Source of the DNA: Armatimonadota bacterium
Lineage (GTDB): Bacteria; Armatimonadota; SYMT01
Length of the DNA stretch: 64,000 nucleotides
Assembly (NCBI GenBank): GCA_041690135.1
Contig: JAWLHY010000007.1
Coordinates: forward strand, 1 to 64,000
Direction: 5' to 3'
Position 1 is the stretch's first letter. Each line of letters opens with the position of its first letter. The notes under the pieces are model-generated. The model made no database searches. It saw only the letters and a list, made by a program, of their open reading frames with translations, and was not told where the DNA came from. Shown here piece after piece: positions 36,218-45,979 of this stretch. The position numbers were made by a program, and so were the translations under genes.

Positions 36218-37222
36218 ATGCCGACATCCCAAGCAGGCAGTCCCAAAGCCATCGATCGTATTGTCCGTGCCTGGAGCCGACGCGAAACGCTTCTGGCTTA
36301 TCTCTTCCTGGCTCCGAGCGCCTTGATTCTGGGGCTGTTTGGCTTCTGGCCCCTGGTTCGCGCCTTTGTGCTCAGCTTCCGTGAATGGAGGCTTGCGCCT
36401 GGAGAATTCATCGGTCTTGCTAACTATCAGCGGGCGCTAACATCGGAGCCGGAGTTCTGGAGTTCCCTCGGTGTGACCGGCTTCTATGTCGTGGGCACGG
36501 TTCCCGCAATACTCCTGGGGGGTTATCTGCTTGCCGAGATGCTCCATTCGCGGATCCGCGGCCTGGCCTTTTACCGCACGCTCTTTTTCCTGCCGTATGT
36601 GGTGTCGCCCGTGGCGGCGGCGGCGGTGTGGAAGTGGATTTTCAATCCGAGCTTCGGCCTCGCCCCCGCGCTTCTGAAGCCGCTGGGTCTCGAGTGGCGT
36701 TTTCTAGGAGAGGCAAAGGGGGTGTTCGCGTTGCTGGGGGAAAGTGTAGGGGTGGGGGTTTCCGGTTGGATGGCCGGGCCGAGCCTGGCTCTCACTTGCA
36801 TTATCGGAGTCAGTGTCTGGCAAGGCATCGGTTTCGCCGTCGTAGTTTTGCTTGCCGGCCTTACCGCCGTACCCACAGAGATCCTGGAAGCCGCAAGGAT
36901 GGACGGTGCTGTCGGTTGGAAGCTGGCCTGGCGTGTGAAATTGCCCCTACTTTCTCCCACACTCTTCTTCTTGGTCATCATCTTCACCATCCGCGCGTTC
37001 CAGACGTTCACGCAGATCTATGTCTTGAGCGTGGATAATGCCGGTGGGCCCATGGGTTCCACTCGCAACATCACGCTCTACATCGTGCAGAGCTTCTATG
37101 ACAACGCACCTCGGCTGGGCCCCGGCTACGGGTGTGCGGTAGCCGTAATCCTCTTCGGTCTTGTGCTTGCGCTGACGTTGCTCCAGTTTCGCGTGCTCGG
37201 TCGCCGGGTGCACTACCAGTAA
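36218..37222 (+). CDS. carbohydrate ABC transporter permease (UgpA/MalF type)
   Basis: FIGLANY, FFLPYV, EAARMDGA EAA loop. Confidence 0.93.
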   Translation: MPTSQAGSPKAIDRIVRAWSRRETLLAYLFLAPSALILGLFGFWPLVRAFVLSFREWRLAPGEFIGLANYQRALTSEPEFWSSLGVTGFYVVGTVPAILLGGYLLAEMLHSRIRGLAFYRTLFFLPYVVSPVAAAAVWKWIFNPSFGLAPALLKPLGLEWRFLGEAKGVFALLGESVGVGVSGWMAGPSLALTCIIGVSVWQGIGFAVVVLLAGLTAVPTEILEAARMDGAVGWKLAWRVKLPLLSPTLFFLVIIFTIRAFQTFTQIYVLSVDNAGGPMGSTRNITLYIVQSFYDNAPRLGPGYGCAVAVILFGLVLALTLLQFRVLGRRVHYQ

Positions 37223-38080
37223 ATGCCAGTTCCGCCCTCGAAAAACTCAAGCTGGTATGGGTGGAGGCGAAGCGCCGCCCGAACCGCGGTCCATGGGCTT
37301 CTTCTCGTGGCGGGGGCGGTTACCGCCTTTCCTTTCTTCTGGATGGTATTGACCTCACTGAAAACGCTGGCGGAAACCACGGCCATCCCGCCCACACTAT
37401 TCCCCGCGGCCCCCCAGTGGGAGAACTACAGTGAAGCGTGGGAGGCGGCCCCGTTCGGAAGGTACTTTGCCAACACACTCCTGGTGGCAGGATCGGTGAC
37501 GGCCCTAGTCACGATGACCGCGCTACTGGCGGGATATGCTTTCGGGCAACTGGAATTTCCCGGCCGGCGAGCAATGTTCGCCCTCTATCTCGCCACGATG
37601 ATGATCCCATTCGAAGTTGTCATGATCCCTAACTTCCTGACGGTAAACCAGCTGGGATGGTTCGATACCTATCAGGCGATGGTGCTTCCGTGGGGGGCTA
37701 ATGTGTTCTCGGTGTTTCTGCTGACCCAATTCTTCCGCTCACTCCCACGCGATTTTTTTGAAGCCGCCCAGTTGGACGGATCGGGTCACTGGCAGTATCT
37801 GTGGAGGATCGCGGCCCCACTGGCCCGGCCGGCACTCTCGACCGCCGGGCTGTTCGCATTCCTGGGGAGTTGGAATGCGCTTCTATGGCCGTTATTGGTA
37901 ACAAAACGCGAAGAAATTCGGCCCATTGAGTTCGGGCTGCAATACTTCATGCAGCAGGAAGGGCCGAGCCCCAACCTCCTCATGGCCGCATCCACCCTGG
38001 CAATGATTCCAATTGTGCTGCTCTTTCTGCTGACCCAAAGGACCTTCATCGAAGGCGTGGCAGCGGGAGTGAAAGGTTAG
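37223..38080 (+). CDS. carbohydrate ABC transporter permease (UgpE/MalG type)
   Basis: PFFWMVLTSLK, EAAQLDG, SWNALLWPL. Confidence 0.94.
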   Translation: MPVPPSKNSSWYGWRRSAARTAVHGLLLVAGAVTAFPFFWMVLTSLKTLAETTAIPPTLFPAAPQWENYSEAWEAAPFGRYFANTLLVAGSVTALVTMTALLAGYAFGQLEFPGRRAMFALYLATMMIPFEVVMIPNFLTVNQLGWFDTYQAMVLPWGANVFSVFLLTQFFRSLPRDFFEAAQLDGSGHWQYLWRIAAPLARPALSTAGLFAFLGSWNALLWPLLVTKREEIRPIEFGLQYFMQQEGPSPNLLMAASTLAMIPIVLLFLLTQRTFIEGVAAGVKG

Positions 38081-38087
38081 GGACCCC

Positions 38088-39407
38088 ATGAAGGCACCCA
38101 CGATCAATATTTCGCGTCGGTTGGCCGTTGCCGCATCGGCCTTTATTCTTCTCGGCTGTGGCGGCGGCAGGCCTTCCGGGCCGACCCCTTCGACGGCTGG
38201 GCAGGGTGGGAACGCCATGCGGCTGGAGTTCTGGCATACGCGCCGCCAGGCGCAGGAGGAGACGCTGAAGGCGATCTGCGCGGACTATGGTCGTGCTCAT
38301 CCCGGTGTCATCGTCGAACCGATTTACCAGGGAGGCTACGACGACCTGAACAAGAAGACGCGGGCTGCGATCCAGGCCAGGGCTCTGCCCGCCTTAAGCG
38401 TTGCGTACGAAAGTCACGTGTCCGAGTACATGGCCAATGAGGTCATCCGGCCCCTGGATGACCTTATCGAGGATTCGGAAGTGGGCCTCCCCGCGGATGA
38501 GTTGGCGGATATCCCGGACCAGTACATCAGCACGAACCGGTTTCCGCAGTTCGGCAACCAGTTACTCTCGTTCCCCTTCACCAAGAGCAACCTGGTGCTT
38601 TACTACAACACGACGCTGTTGAAAAAGGCCGGGTTCAACGGGCCTCCCGCAACCTGGGACGAGTTTGAGCAGCAAGCCGCAGCGGTAACGCGCAGCAACG
38701 GCAAGCCGGCCTATGCCTTCACCGTGGACGCCTCCACGCTGGACGGGATGATCTATTCGCATGGGGGAGAGGTTTACGACCCGAAGGGCCGCGCCACGTT
38801 GTTCGATCGCGAGCCGACGGTTAGGACATTTGACCGGCTTGCCCGGTTGGCGGGAGCGGGCTCCCTGCAACTCGCGGAAGGCGACGATGCCGGCAACCTC
38901 TTCGTGGCGCAGTCAGCCGCCTTCATCATGGACACCAGTGCGGGCCGTTCCTATCTCGAAGAGCAAATCGGGGACCGCTTCGAGTGGGATGTGGCCGTTA
39001 TCCCGCATGCGGAGGGGGTGGAGCCGGTTACCGTGATGTACGGACCGAATGTTATCTTGTTCAAGTCGACAGCGGAACAGGAACGCGAAGCCTGGAAGTT
39101 CGTCAAGTACTTCACATCGCCGGAGGTCACCGCGCGTTGGGCACGGGACACGGGGTATTTGCCCGTCCGAGAATCCGCCGTACGTCTTCCGGAGATGCAG
39201 GAGTTCTACCGCAACAACCCGCGCGCCCGCCACGTGTATGAGATCCTCCCCATGGCTAAGGGGGAGCCGAATGTGGTAGGCTGGCAGGAGGTCCGCAAAC
39301 ACCTGGAGGATGCCGCCCGCCACGTTGTTTCCGGCGGAACTCCGCCCGCATCCGCTGCCGTTGATCTTAAGAGGAAGGCAGACCAGGCTCTGGCGCAGAG
39401 CCGGTAA
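38088..39407 (+). CDS. ABC transporter substrate-binding lipoprotein (UgpB-like)
   Basis: Lipobox LLGC; LEFWH, FPFTKSNLVLYYN, AWKFVKYF, TGYLP. Confidence 0.92.
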   Translation: MKAPTINISRRLAVAASAFILLGCGGGRPSGPTPSTAGQGGNAMRLEFWHTRRQAQEETLKAICADYGRAHPGVIVEPIYQGGYDDLNKKTRAAIQARALPALSVAYESHVSEYMANEVIRPLDDLIEDSEVGLPADELADIPDQYISTNRFPQFGNQLLSFPFTKSNLVLYYNTTLLKKAGFNGPPATWDEFEQQAAAVTRSNGKPAYAFTVDASTLDGMIYSHGGEVYDPKGRATLFDREPTVRTFDRLARLAGAGSLQLAEGDDAGNLFVAQSAAFIMDTSAGRSYLEEQIGDRFEWDVAVIPHAEGVEPVTVMYGPNVILFKSTAEQEREAWKFVKYFTSPEVTARWARDTGYLPVRESAVRLPEMQEFYRNNPRARHVYEILPMAKGEPNVVGWQEVRKHLEDAARHVVSGGTPPASAAVDLKRKADQALAQSR

Positions 39408-39441
39408 CAGTTGGATGCGCGTGGGATAAGATGTGAAAACG

Positions 39442-40611
39442 ATGGATTTGCTGCTGACAGTTCGCGCCTGGCTTTCAAACTTCACCGAAGGGCTGGCAAA
39501 CCTCACCGTAAAGAGCGTGCTCATGGCGGTGGGGGTGATGCTCTTGATTCTGGTGGTGCGCCGGTTGACCGAAACACGGAACCGTCACCACGACTGGGTG
39601 GTGGAGAACGTACAGGTCGTCCTCTCGGTAGTGGTCGTGGTGTTCCTCATCATTCGCCCGTTCCTCTTTCAGGCGTTCTACATCCCCTCCGGCTCGATGG
39701 AACCGACCTTAATGGGGCCGGTGAACGTAGGTGGAACCGGTGACCGACTCCTCGTCAATAAACTGGTCTACCGGGTGTCGGACCCCGATCGGTTCGACAT
39801 TGCCGTGTTCAAGGCGCCCCCTGTCGCTTCGCCCGACGAGAAGGAATTCATCAAGCGCGTGATCGGGCTTCCCGGCGAAACGATCGAGGTTGTTCCTCCG
39901 CGCGTCCTCGTGGATGGTAAGCCGGTGCTGCGGATGACCAGCGAAGGGGACACGGAGGGCGTGTTGCAGGTCAGCCGGGATTCCCTTACGCCGAAGATCC
40001 AGGAGAACCAGGTCGAGATCGATGCCATCTTCCCCAGCTACACCAACGCCGGGGTGGTAATCATGGCCCGGCCGGATGCCGCCGTGGTGAATGAGGGTTA
40101 CCGCGTTCTGGTGGACGGACGGGTGGTGCTAGAAGACGGCTCGGGCCGTATCCAGGAAGACCGTCGCGATACGCACTCGCTCTCGGCCTATGGCTGGGAC
40201 CCAAAGCTGGAAGGCCGTGTATTCAGCATTGATGGGGAACCCCGGTTAGCCGTGGTCAGTGGAAAGAAGCTGACCCTGGACCCCGGGCATGTCTTGATCA
40301 ACGGCAAAACCCGCCTGAAAGAACCGTATATCAAAGAGGCGCCGCGCTACGCGTTGCAGCCGCAGAAGCTGGGTCCCAACATGTATTTCATGATGGGTGA
40401 CAACCGGAACAATAGCAACGACAGCCATAGCTGGGGACCCCTTGAACGGGATCGGATCATCGGACGTGCCGAAATCCTCTTCTGGCCAGTCAGTCGCATC
40501 AATATCCTGCACTGGTGGCTGTTGAGCGTGATGGGATGCCTCTTCGTGGCCTACTACTGGGTGCAGCGATGGTTTGCCGGAGCCAGGTTCGCGCAGTCGC
40601 AGCCACAGTAA
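39442..40611 (+). CDS. lepB: signal peptidase I with large internal insertion
   Basis: IPSGSMEPTL (catalytic Ser), FIKRVIGLPG (catalytic Lys), GDNRNNSNDS. Confidence 0.93.
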   Translation: MDLLLTVRAWLSNFTEGLANLTVKSVLMAVGVMLLILVVRRLTETRNRHHDWVVENVQVVLSVVVVVFLIIRPFLFQAFYIPSGSMEPTLMGPVNVGGTGDRLLVNKLVYRVSDPDRFDIAVFKAPPVASPDEKEFIKRVIGLPGETIEVVPPRVLVDGKPVLRMTSEGDTEGVLQVSRDSLTPKIQENQVEIDAIFPSYTNAGVVIMARPDAAVVNEGYRVLVDGRVVLEDGSGRIQEDRRDTHSLSAYGWDPKLEGRVFSIDGEPRLAVVSGKKLTLDPGHVLINGKTRLKEPYIKEAPRYALQPQKLGPNMYFMMGDNRNNSNDSHSWGPLERDRIIGRAEILFWPVSRINILHWWLLSVMGCLFVAYYWVQRWFAGARFAQSQPQ

Positions 40612-40632
40612 TTGTTTCCGCTGAATGCTGGT

Positions 40633-41373
40633 ATGAGTGAGAACGAGGCCACAAAACCGTGGGACGATCCCGCGTGGCTCGGGCGGGTCGCCGAATTCGC
40701 GCGCCAACTGGGGCTCGCATCGGAACGGGAGATGCTGCTCCGCCAGGCACTCACCCATCGCAGCCTTTCGGAAGAGGCTCCCTACGGCGACAACGAACGG
40801 CTCGAGTTTCTGGGCGACAGCGTACTGGCGCTGCTGGTCAACGACTTTCTCTTTCGAGAGTATCCGGAAGCCGCGGAAGGGGAGTTGACCAAGTTGAAGG
40901 CTCGCTACGTATGCGAACCCTCTCTCGCGCGCGCGGCAACCGAACTGCGTCTGGGTACGTTGCTCGCTATGGCCGTCAGTGATGAGGCAGCAGGGGGAAG
41001 GGAACGGCCCAGTGCCCTGAGTGACGCCTTTGAGGCGGTGCTGGCCGCCGTGTACCTTTGCCGGGGGCTGGAGGGAGCCCGGGAGTTCCTCCATCGTTCC
41101 CTGATCGCTCTGGTCGATCCCACCGAAGTGTGGGACTACAAGTCCCGTCTCCAGGAGTTGTATCAGGAAAAGAAGCGCACGACTCCGGTCTACCGCACCC
41201 TGATTGAAAGTGGCCCGGCTCACAACCGGATATTCTACAGCGAAGCGGTCGTGGGTGAGGAAGTGGTGGGGCGCGGCACCGGGAAGAGCAAAAAGCTGGC
41301 CGAACAGGCTGCGGCGGCGGACGCCTTGAAACGGTTTCGCGTGCCCGTCCAACAGCCGGAAGAGCGGCTCTGA
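40633..41373 (+). CDS. rnc: ribonuclease III
   Basis: ALTHRS, NERLEFLGDSVL, DAFEA; dsRBD DYKSRLQE...SKKLAEQAAA. Confidence 0.97.
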   Translation: MSENEATKPWDDPAWLGRVAEFARQLGLASEREMLLRQALTHRSLSEEAPYGDNERLEFLGDSVLALLVNDFLFREYPEAAEGELTKLKARYVCEPSLARAATELRLGTLLAMAVSDEAAGGRERPSALSDAFEAVLAAVYLCRGLEGAREFLHRSLIALVDPTEVWDYKSRLQELYQEKKRTTPVYRTLIESGPAHNRIFYSEAVVGEEVVGRGTGKSKKLAEQAAAADALKRFRVPVQQPEERL

Positions 41374-41826
41374 ATTGCGAAGAGCGCCCGCAGGGAGCGC
41401 TCTTTGCCGGAATAACTATTCGGTTCTTCAGGACCACTGGTGAGGTGGAGGCTGGTTGACGGGTCTGCCGACCCACACTGCGGCCGGCGCCTTCGCTTCC
41501 TCACGCGGGACTGGGACCCATCGGCCTCACCTCCGCAGCAATCCGCGGCTGGTGCAGCCCTTCTTCCGACACTCGACGGCTAGCTGCGATCGTAACACGA
41601 GAACTAGCGGCCATCATTCGGCGGTCACGAGCATCGGTCTCAAAGAGCGGCACGAGCCACGGATCCAATGTTGGAACTGCCTTTCGGGCAGGTGCAGGAG
41701 TCCGGTGGGGTCATCAGTGGCACCTCCGTTTTGGCCTTCACGGGTTAGAAGCGGACCTCCCATCCCGAATTGCTGATTCCTACCACCCTGCGCCGCCGCG
41801 TAAACGCCTTTTCCCGGAAGTAAAGG

Positions 41827-42654
41827 TCAAGTCCGGAACCGCAGCGTCTTGAGGTCCTTCCGGAGGATCTCGTCCTCCCGAGCGAGAATGTCGTCCAGAT
41901 CGTCGCCTACCCCGAAGCAGCGTCCGGCCAGCCGGTCGAAGCGGCCGGAGCCCAGGGCCACGGCAAGGGCGGCAGCCCGGGTGGGAGGCACGTCCTTCCC
42001 TTCCTCGAACATTCGCTCGATGCGCGGCATCCAGTGGCGACCTTCCGGGCTCTCGAGTTGGTATTCCGTGAGGGTCGTGCGCACCAGCCCAGGACCCATC
42101 GCAAAGACCGCGATGGGGAGATCCTGTTCGCGTAACTCCTGGTGAAGGCACTCGGTGAGCCGCATGACGGCCGCTTTGCTGGAGGCATACCCACTGCCGT
42201 AGGCGAAGGGGTTGCCCGTGCCCCCGCCGATCAGGTTCACGATACGCCCTTGTTTTCGCGGCACCATACTCTGCAAGGCCCTGCGGCAGCAGAGGAATAC
42301 CCCGTTCACGTTGATGGTGACATCCCTCCACCACCGTTCTGCGTCGACTTCCCATACAGGACCGATCGCATAGAAGCTGGCGGCGTTGTTGACCAGCAGG
42401 TCGACCGGCCCCAGGGTCTCTTCAATCCGCTGGAAACCTGTTTCGACGGCATCCGCGTCAGCGACATCCACAGTTGTCGGCAGTGCGATTCCGCCCGCGA
42501 CACGGATCTCCTCGGCAACCCGCTCCAGTTCGTCGCTGGAGCGCGCGACGAGGGCCACATGAGCTCCGGCCTCGGCATACGCGAGGCTGATGGCGCGTCC
42601 AATCCCTCGCCCTGCTCCCGTGACTACAGCCGTTGTGCCTTCGAGTGCACCCAT
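41827..42654 (-). CDS. short-chain dehydrogenase/reductase
   Basis: TGAGRGIG, LVNNAA, YASSK. Confidence 0.93.
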   Translation of the reverse strand: MGALEGTTAVVTGAGRGIGRAISLAYAEAGAHVALVARSSDELERVAEEIRVAGGIALPTTVDVADADAVETGFQRIEETLGPVDLLVNNAASFYAIGPVWEVDAERWWRDVTINVNGVFLCCRRALQSMVPRKQGRIVNLIGGGTGNPFAYGSGYASSKAAVMRLTECLHQELREQDLPIAVFAMGPGLVRTTLTEYQLESPEGRHWMPRIERMFEEGKDVPPTRAAALAVALGSGRFDRLAGRCFGVGDDLDDILAREDEILRKDLKTLRFRT

Positions 42655-42694
42655 TGGACCTCCACGAACGATCCCGCTACGCTAGATCTGAACC

Positions 42695-43204
42695 ATGACG
42701 GCACGCGCATACTTATCACTCCGCCATCGAAAGGTTCGGGGCGCACTCGCCGGGTGCCTGCTGCTGTTTGCGCTGAGCGGTTCGCCGTGGCTCGCCGGAA
42801 CCCTGCTCACCTGGCCGCACCCCCGCCGCGTCGGAACTCCTCCGCCGGATCTCTCCGCCAGGGTGGTCGAGATTCCCGCTGCTTCCGGAAGCATAGTCAA
42901 AGGCTGGGGGTGCCCGGGAAGGGCGGGTGGGGGAACTGTGTTGCTGCTTCATTCGCTGCACGCGGATCGTGCCGCAATGGTGGAGCGCGCCCCGGTTTTC
43001 ATCATCAATGGGACGAATGACCGGCACACTCCGCTGGAACGGGCGAGGGCGCTCTACGATCGTGCCGCACAGCCCAAGCAGTTCTGGGCGGTCGAAGGTG
43101 CCGTCCACGAAGACCTGCACGCCTTTGCCGGCCGGGAATATGAGGCCAGGGTTCTCGCTTTCCTATCTCGGCACCTGCGGGGCGCATCCACGAAGTCCCG
43201 CTAG
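42695..43204 (+). pseudogene. alpha/beta hydrolase with in-frame internal deletion lacking the nucleophile elbow
   Basis: N-terminal 'GTVLLLHSLHADRAAMVERA' joins directly to C-terminal 'PVFIINGTNDRHT...VEGAVHEDL'. No GxSxG or 'HGES' segment; only 169 aa. Confidence 0.65.
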
Positions 43205-43216
43205 CGACCGCCATAG

Positions 43217-43256
43217 AAAAGGGGCAGGATCGAAAGAGTTTCGACCCTGCCCCTTT
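43217..43256 (-). terminator. terminator after rplL (likely bidirectional)
   Basis: aaaaggggcagg...cctgccccttt inverted repeat between convergent genes. Confidence 0.8.
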
Positions 43257-43278
43257 AGGTTCCGTCTGCGGACCTGGA

Positions 43279-43671
43279 TTAAGCAGGCTTGATCTCGACG
43301 GTGGCGCCGGCTTCTTCCAGCTTCTTCTTGAGGCTTTCGGCCTCTTCCTTCGCCACGCCTTCCTTCACCGGGCTCGGCGCGTTGTCGACCAGGTCCTTGG
43401 CTTCCTTCAGACCCAGCGTGGTGACCTCGCGGACGGCCTTGATCACCTGGATCTTCTGGGCGCCGGCGTTGGCCAGGATCACGTTGAACGAAGTGGGGGC
43501 CTCTTCGGCAGCCGCAGCAGCACCACCACCACCGGCGGCCGGAGCGGCGGCAACCGCCACCGGGGCGGCGCTGACGCCGAACTTGTCCTGAAGCTCCTTG
43601 ACGAGCTCAGCGAGATCCAGCACGGTCATCTCGCTGATCGCGTCGATGATTTCCTGTCGGCTAAGAGCCAT
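43279..43671 (-). CDS. rplL: 50S ribosomal protein L7/L12
   Basis: [38 protein letters not shown]. Confidence 0.99.
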   Translation of the reverse strand: MALSRQEIIDAISEMTVLDLAELVKELQDKFGVSAAPVAVAAAPAAGGGGAAAAAEEAPTSFNVILANAGAQKIQVIKAVREVTTLGLKEAKDLVDNAPSPVKEGVAKEEAESLKKKLEEAGATVEIKPA

Positions 43672-43719
43672 GGGTTTCTCTCCTCGGAATAAGTAACTAG
43701 AACAAACGATGGAAACGGA

Positions 43720-44286
43720 TTAAGCGGCCGACTCGCCGCCACCCTTCTGGTCGTGGATGGCCTGGACCGTGCGGACGAAGTTGCCCAGCACACCTTGCAG
43801 GCTGAACACGAGGCCGGCCAGCGGGCCCTGAATGGAGCCGACGACCTGCCCGATGAGCACGTCCTTCGGCGGCAGCTTGGAAAGCTCGGTCACGGCGTCG
43901 AGGTCGAAGACCTTTCCGTCGACGACACCGCCCTTCACGACGCCCTTGCGCTTCTCGCGGATGAAGTCGAGCAGCACCTTGGACGGCGCGACCGGATCTT
44001 CCAGGGCGAACGCAATCGCGGTGGGACCGGAAAGCATTTCGGAAGGATCGTCGCCGTATTCGCCGTAGGCCCGGCGGAACAGCGTGTTCTTGACCACGTG
44101 ATACTCGGCACCGGCCGCCCGGAGGCGCCGGGTGAGCTCCGCCTTCTCCGCTACGGTGAACCCCCGGTAGTCCGTGAGGATCACGCCGGAGGAGCGACCG
44201 AGTAGTTCCTGGATCTCGGCGACCTGCTCCACCTTTTCGGGTTTCGGCTCGCGGTAAGGAATGACTTTCTCAGAAATCGGAATCAC
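43720..44286 (-). CDS. rplJ: 50S ribosomal protein L10
   Basis: DYRGFTV, VVKNTL, GPTAIAF, LSKLP; lies upstream of rplL. Confidence 0.98.
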   Translation of the reverse strand: MIPISEKVIPYREPKPEKVEQVAEIQELLGRSSGVILTDYRGFTVAEKAELTRRLRAAGAEYHVVKNTLFRRAYGEYGDDPSEMLSGPTAIAFALEDPVAPSKVLLDFIREKRKGVVKGGVVDGKVFDLDAVTELSKLPPKDVLIGQVVGSIQGPLAGLVFSLQGVLGNFVRTVQAIHDQKGGGESAA

Positions 44287-44333
44287 CTCCCCTCGGGTTA
44301 GGATGCGCGGCAGGCTGGCTGCCGCCCAAAAAG

Positions 44334-44485
44334 CAAAAATCCTCGCTGCCGCAGGCAGGCGAGGACGTGAAAACTGGGCCGGTTCGCGCGACTTCAGGTC
44401 GGCGCAGGGAGGCTCCGTCTCCGGTCTCTACCTCGGCAGGCTGGCATTTTCGGCCCGGTGGGCGCCTGCTGTCTACGGCGGTTCC
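44334..44485 (-). ncRNA. L10 leader (autoregulatory cis RNA)
   Basis: Minus strand CCGTAGACAGCAGG...CCTGCCGAGG followed by a hairpin plus U-tract, in the rplJ 5' UTR. Confidence 0.85.
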
Positions 44486-44511
44486 GTGAGGATATTCGGC
44501 TGTCGGGCGTT

Positions 44512-44540
44512 ATGGTAACGGATCGTGGTGAGTCCGTCAA
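44512..44540 (-). promoter_or_regulatory. sigma70 promoter of rplJL
   Basis: TTGACG-17 nt-TACCAT. Confidence 0.75.
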
Positions 44541-44645
44541 GGGGCGTTGAAATGTTGGAGCGCCGTCGCAGCGGAGTGTGTCAGGTCCGCACCCGAGAAG
44601 GTGGCGGTACGGAGGCATACGGCGGATGGAAACCGCATCTGGCAA

Positions 44646-44695
44646 GGCGGCGGCCCACGGCGGCGGCCCACGGCGGCGGCCCACGGCGGCGGCCC
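44646..44695. repeat. 13-bp tandem repeat (ggcggcggcccac), ~3.8 copies
   Basis: Three exact copies plus a partial fourth, read directly. Confidence 0.9.
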
Positions 44696-44714
44696 CGCCT
44701 GCCTTTCACGCAGC

Positions 44715-44750
44715 AAGAGGCCCTCGCAGGCAAACCTGCGAGGGCCTCTT
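44715..44750 (-). terminator. terminator after ahpC
   Basis: aagaggccctcgcagg-caaa-cctgcgagggcctctt perfect hairpin. Confidence 0.8.
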
Positions 44751-44778
44751 GGGGTTCAGGCATTTTGGCCAGTGGTGG

Positions 44779-45372
44779 CTACGCGGACTGGGAGCCCAGG
44801 TACTCGGCCACGCCTTCGCTGGTCGGCTTCAGGCCGGGCTTGCCCTCGTTCCAGTTCGCCGGACAGACCTCTCCGTGCTCTTCGCAGAACTGGATGGCCC
44901 GGATCAGGCGCAGGATCTCGTCCACGTTCCGTCCCAGCGGGAGGTTGTTGATGATCTCCACCTGCACGATGCCTTCCCGGTCCATGATGAACGCACCGCG
45001 GAGCGCCATTCCACCGGAAAGCAGCACACCGTAGTCGGTGGCGATGGTCTTGTTGAAGTCGCTGACGATCGGGTAGGTCACTCCCTGGATGCCCCCCTCA
45101 TTGCGCGGAGTGCGCAGCCAGGCCAGGTGGGAGAACCAGCTATCGGTGGAAATGCCGATGACCTGGGTGTTGAGTGCCTCGAACTCGCCCAGCTTCTGCT
45201 GGAGCTGGATGAGCTCGGTAGGGCACACGAACGTGAAGTCCAGCGGGTAGAAAAAGAGCACGGTATACTTCTGACCGCGGAACTGCGAGAGGGTGAAGTT
45301 CTCCAGAGTTTGGTCACCCTGAACGGCGGTTGCATTGAAGTCCGGGGCCGGCTGGCCTACCAGTGACGCCAT
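44779..45372 (-). CDS. ahpC: 2-Cys peroxiredoxin (AhpC/Tsa)
   Basis: FYPLDFTFVCPTE, GRNVDEILR, GEVCPANW; GAGGAG RBS before ATG 45372. Confidence 0.96.
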   Translation of the reverse strand: MASLVGQPAPDFNATAVQGDQTLENFTLSQFRGQKYTVLFFYPLDFTFVCPTELIQLQQKLGEFEALNTQVIGISTDSWFSHLAWLRTPRNEGGIQGVTYPIVSDFNKTIATDYGVLLSGGMALRGAFIMDREGIVQVEIINNLPLGRNVDEILRLIRAIQFCEEHGEVCPANWNEGKPGLKPTSEGVAEYLGSQSA

Positions 45373-45448
45373 GATTTCTCCTCGTAGGTTCTCGGTTCGA
45401 TGGTCGGAGATGGGTTTGTGAATAACGCTCTTCCCGTAGATGGACGGC

Positions 45449-45898
45449 TCAGGTGTCGGCATCCTCGGATGAAGGGCGCGCGCACGAGCCGCAGAGGCCC
45501 GTGAACTGGATCGTGGCTCTCTCGAGCTGAAAGTCGTAAGCACCCAGGTCGATCTGCTCCAATGCCGCCACCTGGCCGGCGCCCACCCGCACATCCACGA
45601 TGCGATGACACAAGCGGCACACGGCGTGCTGGTGCGAGTCGGTGTTGAGATCGTAGCGACGGCGCAGCTCATCCACGATGACTTCCCGCACTTCGCCCAG
45701 ATCGGTCAGCAGTTGCAGGGTGTTGTAAACCGTGGCGAAAGAGAGTGTGGGGTGACGCCGGGACACCTCCTGATACACCTCCTCCGCGGAGGGGTGGCCC
45801 CCCTGCTGCATGAGGCACTCGAAGATGGCGATGCGCTGGGGAGTTAACTTGACACCGCGGTCGCGGCACTTGTCGATCAGAGCGGTGAGCGGTTGCAT
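45449..45898 (-). CDS. perR: Fur-family peroxide-responsive repressor
   Basis: TPQRIAI, HPSAEEV, SFATVYNTL, HQHAVCRLC, C-terminal CGSC; upstream of ahpC. Confidence 0.85.
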   Translation of the reverse strand: MQPLTALIDKCRDRGVKLTPQRIAIFECLMQQGGHPSAEEVYQEVSRRHPTLSFATVYNTLQLLTDLGEVREVIVDELRRRYDLNTDSHQHAVCRLCHRIVDVRVGAGQVAALEQIDLGAYDFQLERATIQFTGLCGSCARPSSEDADT

Positions 45899-45913
45899 GG
45901 AACGACTATCAAG

Positions 45914-45928
45914 TAATAATGGTTCTAA
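45914..45928. promoter_or_regulatory. Per/Fur box
   Basis: TAATAATGGTTCTAA matches 11 of 14 defined positions of TTATAATNATTATAA; lies between the promoter and the perR start. Confidence 0.7.
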
Positions 45929-45937
45929 TCTAGTATC

Positions 45938-45966
45938 GGTATACCCCGCGCAACGGAAACTGTCAA
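45938..45966 (-). promoter_or_regulatory. sigma70 promoter of perR-ahpC
   Basis: TTGACA-17 nt-TATACC. Confidence 0.75.
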
Positions 45967-45979
45967 CGCCGGCGGGCCC

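Noticed and set aside
36218-39407. Sugar ABC operon lacking an ATPase
   Set aside because: Common; a shared MsmK/MsiK-type ATPase is usually encoded elsewhere.
44646-44695. Tandem repeat as a CRISPR array
   Set aside because: 13-bp head-to-tail units, no spacers, no cas genes.
45373-45672. Long N-terminal extension of ahpC, and 45899..46039 for perR
   Set aside because: They overlap perR or promoter elements; better starts exist downstream.
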